Source of the DNA: an uncultured delta proteobacterium
Lineage (GTDB): Bacteria > Desulfobacterota > Desulfomonilia > UBA1062
Length of the DNA stretch: 64,000 nt
Assembly: GCA_963798485.1 (NCBI GenBank)
Contig: CAWCTR010000004.1
Location: forward strand, 128,001 to 192,000
Direction: 5' to 3'
Both the position numbers and the translations under genes were made by a program. How positions within the stretch are numbered: the first letter of the stretch is position 1; each line of letters starts with the position of its first letter. Of the stretch, positions 62,652 through 64,000 are shown piece after piece. The notes beneath the pieces are model-generated. The model worked only from the letters and a program-made list of their open reading frames with translations, had not been told where the DNA came from and ran no database searches.

Positions 62652-64000
<1,349 letters not shown>

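Overview
Bacterial DNA; gene content suggests a deltaproteobacterial/Desulfobacterota-like host (inference). There are three zones. (1) 1-14.5 kb is host-like: alpha/beta hydrolase, multi-PAS hybrid kinase, soluble MCP-like protein, glnS with an unusual C-terminal tRNA-binding OB domain, ycbB-ycbK, and many REP-like palindromes. (2) 14.8-27.6 kb holds a defence island followed by two small operons. The island is radC, a nuclease-N6-MTase fusion, an S subunit, a DGQHR + NDT/TIR-like fusion, an HD dNTPase with a YwgA-like partner, and an Mrr-like nuclease. The two operons are convergent, paralogous and sigma54-type; each encodes a small membrane hairpin protein plus an AtpZ/AtpI-like protein. 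(3) From 27.7 kb there is an integrative mobilizable element inserted in tRNA-Glu(CTC), with att fragment, tyrosine integrase, Xis-like protein, MOBQ oriT and frameshifted traA. To its right lie cell-envelope genes, a group II intron remnant, IS3, IS630, IS4, a TA pair and a redox cluster (rSAM, AhpD-like, msrAB, a hidden UGA/SECIS selenoprotein candidate, perR, partial katG). The element's right boundary was not found in the window. Best novelty candidates: the R-M-linked DGQHR-NDT protein, the duplicated sigma54 hairpin + AtpZ module, and the exported HMA-like selenoprotein. All family calls come from motif recognition by eye; no database search was run.
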